Virus record (IMG/VR): IMGVR_UViG_3300037067_018977
Strand: one strand, 5' to 3'
From: an uncultured virus (IMG/VR IMGVR_UViG_3300037067_018977)
Lineage: Duplodnaviria > Heunggongvirae > Uroviricota > Caudoviricetes
DNA length: 64,000 nt
Part shown: positions 29,314 through 38,507 of the stretch, in pieces
Layout: each line of letters opens with the position of its first letter
How positions within the stretch are numbered: the stretch's first letter is position 1
Program-made: the position numbers and the translations under genes
The notes under the pieces: model-generated
Seen by the model: only the letters and a program-made list of their open reading frames with translations
Database searches by the model: none
Told to the model about the DNA's origin: nothing

Positions 29314-31365
29314 ATGGCACGAGTCGTTGGCAAAGCGTTCAAGATCACGAAGCAAGCGGCGCGGAATTACGGCTACGCCACGCCGAATTCTCCGCCGCCT
29401 GTGAGTGCGATTGCAGCCGTCAACGGCCGCGGAGCGTACGCGAAGCGTTCGGCTCGCGCCGCGATGCAGGGGTTGTCGCGCCCCGAGCGCAGCGCCCACG
29501 CGAAGAATCTCACCGCCGCCCAGCGCCGCGCTTTCGCGGATCGCATGGCGGCCGCCCGCGCAGCCAAGAGCGCGCGGCCAAGTAGTTCCCGAGCTGGTCG
29601 GAGCATGGTGCGCCCGAGCGGCTCAGGTCGGATCCCGGCGCGTACCCGCCCGGCGTCACCAGCAGCAACCGGAGGAAGCATGAAACGGAACACCTCGGCT
29701 GCGCAGCGACGGGCTGCGCTGGCCAACCTGAAGAAGGCGCGCTCTGCGCTCCGCGGAGGCCGCAAGAGCATGGCCTCGAATCGCAAGCGCCCGGGCCGCA
29801 AGACCCAGCGCAAGAACGCGCGGCGCAAGAGCATGCGTCGGAACGGCAAGCAGACGGCGGCCCAGCGGCGCGCGTCGCTCGCCAACCTGCGCAAGGCGCG
29901 CATGAAGCGGAACCGGAAGAGCACCCGCAAGGGCATGCGCAAGAACCGGCGTCGCAAGAGCATGCGTCGGAACGGCAAGCAGACGGCGGCCCAGCGGCGC
30001 GCGTCGCTCGCCAACCTGCGCAAGGCGCGCATGAAGCGAAACCGGAAGTCCACCCGCAAGGGCATGCGCAAGAACCGACGGCGCAAGAGCATGCGTCGGA
30101 ACGGCAAGCAGACGGCCGCGCAGCGGCGCGCGTCGCTCGCCAACCTGCGCAAGGCGCGCATGAAGCGGAACCGGAAAAGCAGCCGCAAGGGCATGCGCAA
30201 GAACCGCCGCAAGAGCATGCGTCGGAACGGCAAGCAGACGGCGGCGCAGCGGCGCGCGTCGCTCGCCAACCTGCGCAAGGCGCGCATGAAGAAGAACCGC
30301 AAGGGCGGGCGCAAGATGCGGCGCAACACCTGGCCGGGCGAACGCGCCCGTCATCGCAAGGCGGCCAAGAAGGGCTGGGCGAAGCGCGGGAAGCGGTACA
30401 GCGCAAACCGTCGCCGCGGCGGCAAGCTGTTCAAGAAGAACGGCTTCGTGCAGGGCATGGTCACCGTCTTCAAGGCCGGTGGGCTGACCCTGGCTGGCTT
30501 CGTGGCGCACAAGGCGCTCACGAAGGTCTTCTGCGACTTCGTGTGCGACAAGCTGTTCGGGGCCCCGGCCACGCCGGTCGCGCCGCCGACGCCTCCGGCC
30601 ACCAGCGGGCTCGACGCGCTGCAGCCCTACAAGGGGCTGATCGCGGGAGCGGTGGTCACCGGCGTGGGCATCTACGCGACCGACAAGCTCGTCAAGGACG
30701 TCCGGACGAAGATGTTCCTGACCACGGGCATGGCGGTGAGCTTCCTGCACACCTTGCTCGTGACCGCGCTCGCCAAGGCGGCTCCGCAGGCCGTCGACTA
30801 CCTGGCGGGCTACGAGGACGGCACGGCGGCGCGCCTGTCGGCCATGTACGGCCTCGGTGCTTCGATCCTGCCGCGCTACGCGCCGGTCAACGGTTTCGGT
30901 GAGTACCTCACCGCGACCAACGGCATGGGCGAGTACTTCTCCGAGCCCATGAACGGACTCGGTGAGTACTTCTCCGAGCCCATGAGCGGGCTGGGTGCCT
31001 ACACGGGCAACCCGGACCTCTACCAGGCGGCCGCCGGCTACGGCACGGTCGACTACGCGAACGGCAACCACATCGATCCCAGCTCCGATCTCGATCGCGA
31101 GCTGACGATCGTCGAGGCGGCCGCGGGCGTGGGTCAGCTGCCGGCGTACGAAGCCGCGGCCGGGTTCGGGCGCGTGCAGTCGTACGAGGCGGCTGCCGGC
31201 ATGGGTGCGATCAACACCGTGCCGCGCGCCGACACGTGGATCCCGGGCACCACCGACCCGCAGCTCTGGGCCGGCGTGCGTGGCGTCACCAAGCCGCAGT
31301 CGTCCACGGCCATGGTGCCGGCGGGCATCCTGCAGACCGACGGCGGAGGCGGCGTCTTCGGCTGA
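29314..31365 (+). CDS. Arg/Lys-rich (protamine-like) membrane-linked core protein
   Basis: Extremely basic repeats, hydrophobic segments, then G[FML]GEY repeats; alternative in-frame start at 29680 with GGAGG SD. Confidence 0.85.
   Translation: MARVVGKAFKITKQAARNYGYATPNSPPPVSAIAAVNGRGAYAKRSARAAMQGLSRPERSAHAKNLTAAQRRAFADRMAAARAAKSARPSSSRAGRSMVRPSGSGRIPARTRPASPAATGGSMKRNTSAAQRRAALANLKKARSALRGGRKSMASNRKRPGRKTQRKNARRKSMRRNGKQTAAQRRASLANLRKARMKRNRKSTRKGMRKNRRRKSMRRNGKQTAAQRRASLANLRKARMKRNRKSTRKGMRKNRRRKSMRRNGKQTAAQRRASLANLRKARMKRNRKSSRKGMRKNRRKSMRRNGKQTAAQRRASLANLRKARMKKNRKGGRKMRRNTWPGERARHRKAAKKGWAKRGKRYSANRRRGGKLFKKNGFVQGMVTVFKAGGLTLAGFVAHKALTKVFCDFVCDKLFGAPATPVAPPTPPATSGLDALQPYKGLIAGAVVTGVGIYATDKLVKDVRTKMFLTTGMAVSFLHTLLVTALAKAAPQAVDYLAGYEDGTAARLSAMYGLGASILPRYAPVNGFGEYLTATNGMGEYFSEPMNGLGEYFSEPMSGLGAYTGNPDLYQAAAGYGTVDYANGNHIDPSSDLDRELTIVEAAAGVGQLPAYEAAAGFGRVQSYEAAAGMGAINTVPRADTWIPGTTDPQLWAGVRGVTKPQSSTAMVPAGILQTDGGGGVFG
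29824..30300 (+). repeat. 129-bp (43-aa) tandem repeat, about 3.7 copies
   Basis: CGCAAGAGCATGCGTCGGAACGGCAAGCAGACGG starts at 29824, 29953, 30082 and 30208. Confidence 0.95.
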
Positions 31366-31551
31366 CGCAAGCAGAGGCTCCTGCCGCGCTCCTGGTCCGA
31401 GCGCGACTTGAAGCAGGGGCTCCACCGACCAGCCCAGGAGGTTCCGGAAAACCGGTTCCCTGGGCTGGGGTGTTCGTAACGAAACCTGAACGCAGAGCCG
31501 CAGCGGAACCAGGCCGCTTCAACAACGGTAGCTCTGCAGGAGAGAGAGAAA

Positions 31552-33873
31552 ATGGCCAAAGTCGTTTCGATCCGCGAGCGTGTTCATCAGCCTCAGAGAG
31601 GGGCCTGATCGGAGCAATCCGATCAGCAAACCGGGTGAATTCGGGGAAACCTACCGTGGGAGCGCGAGCTGCTACGGCAATCCCGAGCCAAGCCGACCGA
31701 AGGGTATTGAAGTAGGTCGGAAGGTGTAGAGGCCAAGCTGTGACGAACCCGTCGAATAAACAGCTCTTGAGCGCCCGGCATCCGCAGCCGAGGCAGTGGT
31801 TTGCCACCACTGTGGCAGCGGATGATGAGATGGTCCGATCCCCCGTGAAAGCGGGAGACAAATCGTTCTACGACACGCTCGTTCGCACTGCGGGCTTGAC
31901 GCCCGGAGCGCTGACCGACACCACGTCGCTCTTCACGAGCAACGGGGCACGCACGGAAGCCACCACCAACCTGATCAACGGCAGCACGCTGCCGTCGGAT
32001 CAGAGCCACGTGGTGCTCGCCCTGCGCGTCTTCGCGTGGTTCCGCAACCCGATTCTCCGCATCGCAGGCGGAGACGCTGGCGAAGTCGCCCTGAACGGCG
32101 ACTACGGTACGGTGGCCCCCTGGCTTGCGGGTGGTCCGGGTGCGGGTCAAGCGCCCGGCCAGATCCAGGACTACTACCGCCTGATCTGGCAGACCGAGGA
32201 ACAGTTGCACTGGTCAACTAAGGCCCCCTGCGTGCGTGAGCGCGCAGGTGCACTGGGTGAATTCGGGGAAACCCCTGCTGCGATCTGCAGCGAGGCAATC
32301 CCGAGCCAAGCCGACGGAAGCGAACACGCGCGCAAGCACGTGTGTACGTCGGAAGGTGTAGAGACTAGCTGTCGAGGATTCGCGTCCGATAAGGCAGCCA
32401 CGAGCGCCCAGCGTCTGCTCCGAGCAGATGAAGAGATAGTCCATGCCTGCGTGAAAGCGCAGGAAACACATGCTTTCGGTACGGGTCTCAAGAACTCCAT
32501 CGACAACATGCCCACGTGGTCAAACAAGGCCCCCGGCGCGCGTGAGTGCGCCGGTGTACCGGGTGAATTCGGGGAAACCCCTGCTGCATCGTGCAGCGAG
32601 GCAATCCCGAGCCAAGCCGACGGAAGCGAACACGCTCACAGCGTGTGTACGTCGGAAGGTGTAGAGACTAGCTGCCGAGGATTCGCGTCCGATAAGGCAG
32701 CCACGAGCGCCCGGCGACTGCAGAGAAGCAGCCGAAGAGATAGTCCGTGCCTGTGCGAAAGCACGGGACCAGCACGACTTCCCGGCCGGCGGCGGGATCA
32801 GCGGAGACAACGGTGCCTCCACGGATCTCATCCACTGGCAGAACTCGGGTACCGATGGGCATTCCGGAATCCTCCGCCTCAACTGAGGGGCCTTCGCAGC
32901 GTGAGCTGCGTCGAACAACGGGGTGAATTCGGGGAACGGCCTGCACGTGTCCACGTGCGACCCAATCCCGAGCGAAGCCACCAGCGAGCTTTTCGTGCTG
33001 GTGGAACGTGTAGAGAGCAGGGAGTGAGCTGGCTCAGCAATAAGCTCCCCACGAGCGCCCCGCATCTCCGAACCACGGAGATGGTGATGTGCTCCACGCC
33101 CATGCGAAAGCATGGGGATACGTGCGCGCGCGCGGTACTGATCCCGCCTCGGCAGAACATCCTCTGCGCGGCGAAGATCTTCGCGCTTCCGGACGGTGGA
33201 CAAGCGACGGTGTTCGGGACGACTCAGGGGAGCCGCAACATGCTCTCTCTGAAGGACAACCTGAACGCGGTCGACGCGGTGCAGAAGGTCAAAGGAAGGC
33301 CCTGCCACGGAGTGATCCGTGAGCAGCAACTGGGTGAATTCGGGGAAACCCCTGCTGCATCGTGCAGCGAGGCAATCCCGAGCCAAGCCGACGGAAGCGA
33401 ACACGCTCACAGTGTGTGTACGTCGGAAGGTGTAGAGACTAGCTGCCGAGGATTCGCGTCCGATAAAGCAGCCACGAGCGCCCGGCACCTGCTCGCAACA
33501 GGTGAAGATATAGTCCAACCCCCGTCGAAAGCCGGGACCAGGTTGCATCACCTTCACGTTCGACGGTCAACGCAGAGCTGCACTCGCAGCATGAGGCCGT
33601 CACGAAACCCACCTCAAACGGGGAAACCCTTCCAGGGCAATCCCGTGCCGAGCGCCAACGACGAGTTGGCGAAGGGCGTAGAGACTTCCGCAAGAGCCCA
33701 CCAGATGGTGCTGGGGCTCGAAGCGGTCAGCGGAGCAGGGGCAGAACCTGCGCTGCTGAACGGTGGGCGGATCCAGGCTGTGGCAACCACCACGGCGTCG
33801 AGGATCCGATGGGATAGTCCGAACCTGCCGGCAACGGCAGAACCATCCGCTCTTCAGCCGCGACGTGCAGTGA
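31552..33873 (+). CDS. putative major capsid protein (single jelly-roll-like), 250 aa, spliced: join(31552-31593,31866-32214,32473-32520,32777-32879,33125-33289,33546-33567,33850-33873)
   Basis: SD AGGAGAG; exons total 753 nt and give a stop-free frame MAKVVSIRERVHQP/FYDTL...LHW/SFGTG...PTW/YFPAGGG...ILR/LARAV...QK/VITFTFDG/LFSRDVQ*. Capsid identity is inferred from position and beta-rich composition. Confidence 0.85.
31594..31865 (+). ncRNA. group I intron 1 (272 nt)
   Basis: P1 GCCU|C:GGGGC with U-G pair; P GTGAATTCGGGGAAAC; Q CAATCCCGAGC; P7 GGCCA/TGGTC; P9.0 GAT/ATC; terminal G. Confidence 0.92.
32215..32472 (+). ncRNA. group I intron 2 (258 nt)
   Basis: P1 GGU|C:GGCC; R GTAGAGACTA; S AAGAGATAGTCC; P9.0 ATG/CAT; terminal G. 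Confidence 0.93.
32521..32776 (+). ncRNA. group I intron 3 (256 nt)
   Basis: Same core as intron 2; P9.0 GTG/CAC; terminal G. Confidence 0.93.
32880..33124 (+). ncRNA. group I intron 4 (245 nt)
   Basis: P1 GCCU|C:GGGGC; P7 covariant GAGCA/TGCTC; P3 CGGGG/CCCCG; P9.0 ACG/CGT. Confidence 0.92.
33290..33545 (+). ncRNA. group I intron 5 (256 nt)
   Basis: Canonical S element AAGATATAGTCC; core nearly identical to intron 3; P9.0 AAC/GTT. Confidence 0.93.
33568..33849 (+). ncRNA. group I intron 6 (282 nt, divergent)
   Basis: P1 GACGGU|C:GGCCGUC; CAAACGGGGAAAC and CAATCCCGTGCC; GTAGAGACTT / GGGATAGTCC; P3 CCCACC/GGTGGG. Confidence 0.88.
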
Positions 33874-34005
33874 GCACGCCAGCATCCGGAGGGCCGGCCG
33901 CTTCGTGCAGCCGGTCCTTCGGGGCTGCCCTTCTCGCTGCCTGACAGAACTCCAGCGGTACGGCTGCCCTTCAGCCGGAACTCGTTTTTCACGAGGTACA
34001 AGACC

Positions 34006-34953
34006 ATGCCCCAGATCGATCTCAACGCCCTGATGCAGTCCGCGGGCTACGCGGTGAAGCAGAGCCGCGATGCGATGGCGCTCGCGCAGTCGATGGCGAA
34101 CGAGCATGCCGCGATGCGCGGCGAAATCGGACGCCTCGCCCAGAACNNNNNNNNNNTCAGTCGCGTGCAGGCGCAACGCGGCGCCGAACCGCCGGACATC
34201 CAGCGCATCGAGAACATCCCCGGTCGGCGCATCCCGTTCGACCTCCTGGTGGACATCCCGATCGACGCGCAGACCACCAGCGTGCAGCAAGGCACGATCA
34301 CGATCAGCCAGGAAGGTCCGTTCGTGGCGGTGGCCCGCTACGCGACGTTCCTGAGCGCGTTCAGCTACCAGGTCCGGAACCCGGCCGACGGCTCGATCGC
34401 GACGTTCAACGGGCGGAGCTTCGGCCGCTACCGACCGATCCACTCGGCCTGGGACCTGAACGACGGCCAGCCGTACACGCAGCTGATGATGGCCGCGCCG
34501 CCGCCCGGCACGGGCGCGCCGCACGTCATCTCGCCGGCCAACGCCTCGCCCTTCCGGACGATGCAGCCGGACTTCCGCATCAAGTTCGAGAACGCGGGCA
34601 GTAGCTTCCCCCGCTCGAACATCGAGGTGCCGTCCAGCTTCTGGACCACGCAGATCAACGAGCCGTTCAAGCTCGGCGCGCTGGACTTCTTCGAGCGCGG
34701 CGAGGTGCTCACGCTCAAGGTGCTGCCGCTTCACCCGAACAACCCCGCCTTCGGCAACCTCTCGGCGTACGGCGCCCCGAACCCCGCCTATCCGTTCCTG
34801 GACTCGGGCTGGGACGCGGTCGAGGGGATCAACGACCAGAACAACCCCGCTGCCGGAGATCTCGATCCGGTCACGCGCGTCCAGAACGGCATCCTCACCA
34901 TCGGCTTCCACGGCTACCGCATCGTGCAGCCGGCGGGGGCAGGGCCGTACTGA
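34006..34953 (+). CDS. putative second capsid (jelly-roll-like) protein
   Basis: Beta-rich, ends ILTIGFHGYRIV, follows the split gene; contains an N gap. Confidence 0.65.
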   Translation: MPQIDLNALMQSAGYAVKQSRDAMALAQSMANEHAAMRGEIGRLAQNXXXXSRVQAQRGAEPPDIQRIENIPGRRIPFDLLVDIPIDAQTTSVQQGTITISQEGPFVAVARYATFLSAFSYQVRNPADGSIATFNGRSFGRYRPIHSAWDLNDGQPYTQLMMAAPPPGTGAPHVISPANASPFRTMQPDFRIKFENAGSSFPRSNIEVPSSFWTTQINEPFKLGALDFFERGEVLTLKVLPLHPNNPAFGNLSAYGAPNPAYPFLDSGWDAVEGINDQNNPAAGDLDPVTRVQNGILTIGFHGYRIVQPAGAGPY

Positions 34954-35294
34954 TGGCCTCCGCGGACTGGTCGCTGGAGCACGTGCTCCAAACGTTCAGC
35001 TACCACGTCTCGGTGCTGCGCAGCGATCGCACGTCGTCGGGCATGGGCCTGAGCGCGGGACCAGGCTCGCCGTCGGTGCTCGTGCAGGTGCGCGTGCGCA
35101 AGAAGGAAGCCGAGCCCGTGTGGGACTCGATGGAGTTCAAGCAGGAAGGCGGCGGCTGGTACACCGTCGGCAACCGCGCGGGCGCCGTCGCGGAGTACAC
35201 GCGCCTCTGCACGCCGATCATCGCGTGGGCCGCTCAGAACCTGCCAGCCAGCATCCCGAGCGACCGCAAGCACTGGCCGGCGCCCTACCGATGA
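34953..35294 (+). CDS. hypothetical protein
   Basis: TGATG coupling. Confidence 0.55.
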   Translation: MASADWSLEHVLQTFSYHVSVLRSDRTSSGMGLSAGPGSPSVLVQVRVRKKEAEPVWDSMEFKQEGGGWYTVGNRAGAVAEYTRLCTPIIAWAAQNLPASIPSDRKHWPAPYR

Positions 35295-35530
35295 ACACCC
35301 TGATCCCGAAGGCTGGCGCGCCCCCCGCGCCGCGCGGCGCGCTCCGTCCGAGCACGTACTGGGACGTGCAGCTCGGGCGCTACGTGGAGCCCGAAGAGCC
35401 GGCCTGGGACGCGGACTTCGCTCAGTGGATCGACGAAACGGCGGAGCTACTCCGCCGTCCGTCTTCCGCCGCCCCCAAACTCTGACGTCAAAAGTGGCGG
35501 CCGGACCCCGAGTCCGGCAGGATGAGTGGG

Positions 35531-36397
35531 ATGGAAGCCCCGAGTTATGCGGACCAGATCGTTCGTACCTTCCGCGACGTGAATCCCCACGTGGTGCCGG
35601 TGGTGCCTCCGCGTCCCGACCCGGCGTCGTCGGGCGGTCCGTGCTCACTCACGCGCGTGGCTCAAGCGGGCGGCGCGATCAGTCAGCTCCTGGTGCATCC
35701 GTCGTTCGTGCCGTTCGAGCAGCTCTACCGGAAGCTTCCGGAGCAGGGCGTGTTCACGGCGACGGCGGAGCGGAACTTCGTGTTCGAGCTGGGCGCGTTC
35801 GAGGTGCCCCAGCAGATGGCGTTCCTCTTGCTCGACTACAGCTTCCAGATCCACCGGCTGTCCGGCGCCGTGGCGGGCGATACCGTCCCCCTGGAGCGCG
35901 AGCGGCTCGCCACGCTGCTCGGCTACGACGTGAAGATCAACGAGACGCGCAAAGGCAACTTGCTGTTCGAATTGGATCCCCAACCGATCAGCGCGACGCA
36001 GGAGGCGTTTGCTCCGCAGCAGACGGGCGGCACGATCATCGGGACCTCACCCACGCGCGCGGGGATCGTCCCGACGTTCCCAAGCGGCTCGGGACCGCAG
36101 CCGGCGACGCCGGCTCAGTTCGCGGCCGCGAACTTCCAGCGTGTGGCCTCCCCAGCCGGCCCCGGCCTCTCCCTGCTCCCCCAGCGGCCGACGCGCCAGG
36201 GCGCGCTCGACGTGCCGTTCACCTACGTGGCCTACGAGAACCAGCGCGTCGCCTTCCAGGTGGTGATCTTCAAGCCGATCCCGATCCCGCTCGCCTTCTT
36301 CGAGGTGGACGTCACCGGCATGCTCGTGCCACAGAACGTGCTCGCCGACATGTTCGAGGGCATGAAGCCGTGCGTGAGCCCGGGAGGCGGACGGTGA
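35531..36397 (+). CDS. putative minor capsid / beta-rich structural protein
   Basis: FEVPQQMAFLLLDYSF, FFEVDVTGML strands; start 35522 or 35531. Confidence 0.65.
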   Translation: MEAPSYADQIVRTFRDVNPHVVPVVPPRPDPASSGGPCSLTRVAQAGGAISQLLVHPSFVPFEQLYRKLPEQGVFTATAERNFVFELGAFEVPQQMAFLLLDYSFQIHRLSGAVAGDTVPLERERLATLLGYDVKINETRKGNLLFELDPQPISATQEAFAPQQTGGTIIGTSPTRAGIVPTFPSGSGPQPATPAQFAAANFQRVASPAGPGLSLLPQRPTRQGALDVPFTYVAYENQRVAFQVVIFKPIPIPLAFFEVDVTGMLVPQNVLADMFEGMKPCVSPGGGR

Positions 36398-36700
36398 GCC
36401 AGCCGAGCTGTCCTTGTCCGGAGTGCTGCATGTGCTTCGGGAAAGAGTGCTGCGAGCGCGACGCGATCGAGCGTCACGCCGAAACCCGCGCGCTGACGCT
36501 GGATGAAGCGTTGGCGATTGCGGAGCACGTGGCCATCGGAGAAGGCGCGCTTCCGGAGGCGGACTCATGACTATGGCGGCCTGCGCGCGAGGGGCATGGT
36601 GCCCCGGGCTCGTGGCTACAGTGGGGACCAAACAACCCTGCCAGATGCCACCGCTCGCTCCGATTCGTGAGCAGGCTGCCGCCCTTTTTCGAGGTGAGCG

Positions 36701-37477
36701 ATGACTCTCGGCGCCTACTACAAGACGGAATACAACCAGCCGATCGGCGGCCTGGGTGCGTACTACCGCAACACCGAGAACTGGCGCATCGCGCCGGCCC
36801 AGGACGGGCTCGGGCAGACGCCCACGCCGGTGAGCTTCGCGGAGCACGCGCTCGAAGAGACGCTCGCCGCGGTCTCGAAGGGACAGCTCGTTGCGCCCTG
36901 GGCCGAGCGGCAGGGCGACGTGGACTGGGTGGACATCCCGGTCCCTTCTGAGAGCTACCTGCTTTACCCGCTCACCGACAAGCTTCTCGCGACCGCGAAG
37001 GCCGCGAGCTACGGGCACGAGCCGAACTGGTGCGCGATCCTGGCGCCCAAGCCTGCGCTGATCTCCGCCGTGGACGCGGCGCTCACCGGGCGGCCGTACC
37101 GGCTCGCCAGCACGCAGGGCGTGTACGCCGAGACCGACACGCGCCCGGTGCCGCAGCCGCTGGTGCTGTACTGGCTGGAGCTGCGCGACGATCCGCACGA
37201 CCTGCAAGGCGGCCAGGGCAGCCTGGAAGCGGCGGCGAAGCAGCTCGGAGGCCAGCTGGTCTTTCCGATGCCCACGCCGCGCCGGGGCGACGAGCGCGCT
37301 CAGCCGGACATCGACTTTCAGACGGCCATCGGCGTGGCGCGCTCCCCCACCGCCCCGGTGCCCGTGAGCCCGCAGACCGCGGCGGCCGCCGCCGGCTCGG
37401 GCCGCTGGCTCTGGGTGGTGGGCGCGGTCGGCGTCGGCTACCTCGGCTGGCGCTGGTGGAAGGGACGGAAGGGCTGA
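36701..37477 (+). CDS. putative virion membrane protein
   Basis: LGAYY x2, DGLGQ, C-terminal TM plus basic tail. Confidence 0.75.
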   Translation: MTLGAYYKTEYNQPIGGLGAYYRNTENWRIAPAQDGLGQTPTPVSFAEHALEETLAAVSKGQLVAPWAERQGDVDWVDIPVPSESYLLYPLTDKLLATAKAASYGHEPNWCAILAPKPALISAVDAALTGRPYRLASTQGVYAETDTRPVPQPLVLYWLELRDDPHDLQGGQGSLEAAAKQLGGQLVFPMPTPRRGDERAQPDIDFQTAIGVARSPTAPVPVSPQTAAAAAGSGRWLWVVGAVGVGYLGWRWWKGRKG

Positions 37478-37695
37478 TGGCGAAACTGGATGTGATGGCC
37501 AGAGAGATGGTCGGAGATGGAAAAAATCCGAACCTCTATTTCGTGAGCGACACGTCGCATGTGCTCGCGTGTTTCACAAGAAAACAGGACGCAGTAGATT
37601 TCGCAATGTTAGTCGGAGCGGACATCGTGGAAGATCGACTCCACGGAGAAGTTTGGGGCAGCGAACTGTATTATGCGTCGCAGCCAAGAGACTGA
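37477..37695 (+). CDS. hypothetical protein (lower GC)
   Basis: TGATG coupling. Confidence 0.55.
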   Translation: MAKLDVMAREMVGDGKNPNLYFVSDTSHVLACFTRKQDAVDFAMLVGADIVEDRLHGEVWGSELYYASQPRD

Positions 37696-37703
37696 AAAGC
37701 GCC

Positions 37704-38081
37704 ATGGCACGTCGCGAAGCTCTCCAATTTTTCTACCGGTACTCCGGTTATTCGGCGCCCGCGGGTGCAACCAAGACCGAGAAGGAAAAACAGCGGCGCC
37801 TCAACGCTCGCGCGCTCGCGGAAGCCGAAGCCGAGGCTGAAGAGCGGGGCTGGGAATGCACCTGGGAGGATGATCCGGAAGGCTACGAGCGAGGTGACTG
37901 GCCTGCCGAACCGGAGGTTCCGAGCGAGGTGCTGTGGGTCGCGCTGCGGGACACAGACGGCCGAGTGCTTGCATCGCTGGGGAGCATCGGGATGAGCGGC
38001 AACCTTGCCGAAGACCGGCGGTACGGTCGGGTCATCGAAGCAGAGCTGGCGCTCGAAGCGCTGGTGGAGATGAAGAAGTAA
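37704..38081 (+). CDS. hypothetical protein
   Basis: Protein-like ORF. Confidence 0.6.
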   Translation: MARREALQFFYRYSGYSAPAGATKTEKEKQRRLNARALAEAEAEAEERGWECTWEDDPEGYERGDWPAEPEVPSEVLWVALRDTDGRVLASLGSIGMSGNLAEDRRYGRVIEAELALEALVEMKK

Positions 38082-38236
38082 TGGCACGACGCATCGTCGC
38101 AGTGAGCGGAACGCCCGACGGGCTCGGGCAGGGGGAGAGCCAGATCATGTACGTGGCCTGGTTGGGCATCATCGGCATCGCGGGCCTCTTGCTCTGGGCC
38201 ACGGTGCAACCTCCGAAGAGCAGCCGGCGAGGGTGA
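38081..38236 (+). CDS. small virion membrane protein
   Basis: DGLGQ then TM. Confidence 0.65.
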   Translation: MARRIVAVSGTPDGLGQGESQIMYVAWLGIIGIAGLLLWATVQPPKSSRRG

Positions 38237-38240
38237 GCGC

Positions 38241-38477
38241 GTGGAGTTCACGGCGAGCCCCAGCGATCTGATCCGCGCGGTGCAGGCGGCGCGGGAGATC
38301 GACGCCAACCCGGTGACGCTGGCGGGCAAGCTCATTGGCCTCGGCGCTGACGAGCAGGAAGCGGGGATCCCGAGCTGGGCATGGATGACGGTGGCCCTCG
38401 GGCTCGGGCTCTACCTCGGAGTCCGCTACGGAACGGAAGTGCGCCAGAAGTTGCGGCGCGTGGCGGACGGCGGATAG
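38241..38477 (+). CDS. small membrane protein
   Basis: IGLGA, IPSWAW TM. Confidence 0.7.
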   Translation: MEFTASPSDLIRAVQAAREIDANPVTLAGKLIGLGADEQEAGIPSWAWMTVALGLGLYLGVRYGTEVRQKLRRVADGG

Positions 38478-38507
38478 AACAGATCAACCCCAGAGGAGAA
38501 CAGAGCC

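Noticed and set aside
29373..31425. Long minus-strand ORFs (318, 298, 589 aa)
   Set aside because: Antisense shadows of the repetitive GC-rich plus-strand gene
31594..33849. Repeats with unique spacers read as a CRISPR array or as group II introns
   Set aside because: Units are about 250 nt with group I core elements and U/omega-G boundaries; spacers are coding exons of variable length; no cas genes, no GUGYG start, no RT
31740..33944. 734-aa ORF with three GEFGETP...ATSA repeats
   Set aside because: Read-through artefact: the repeats are translated intron cores, it starts inside intron 1, and exons 4, 6 and 7 are read out of frame
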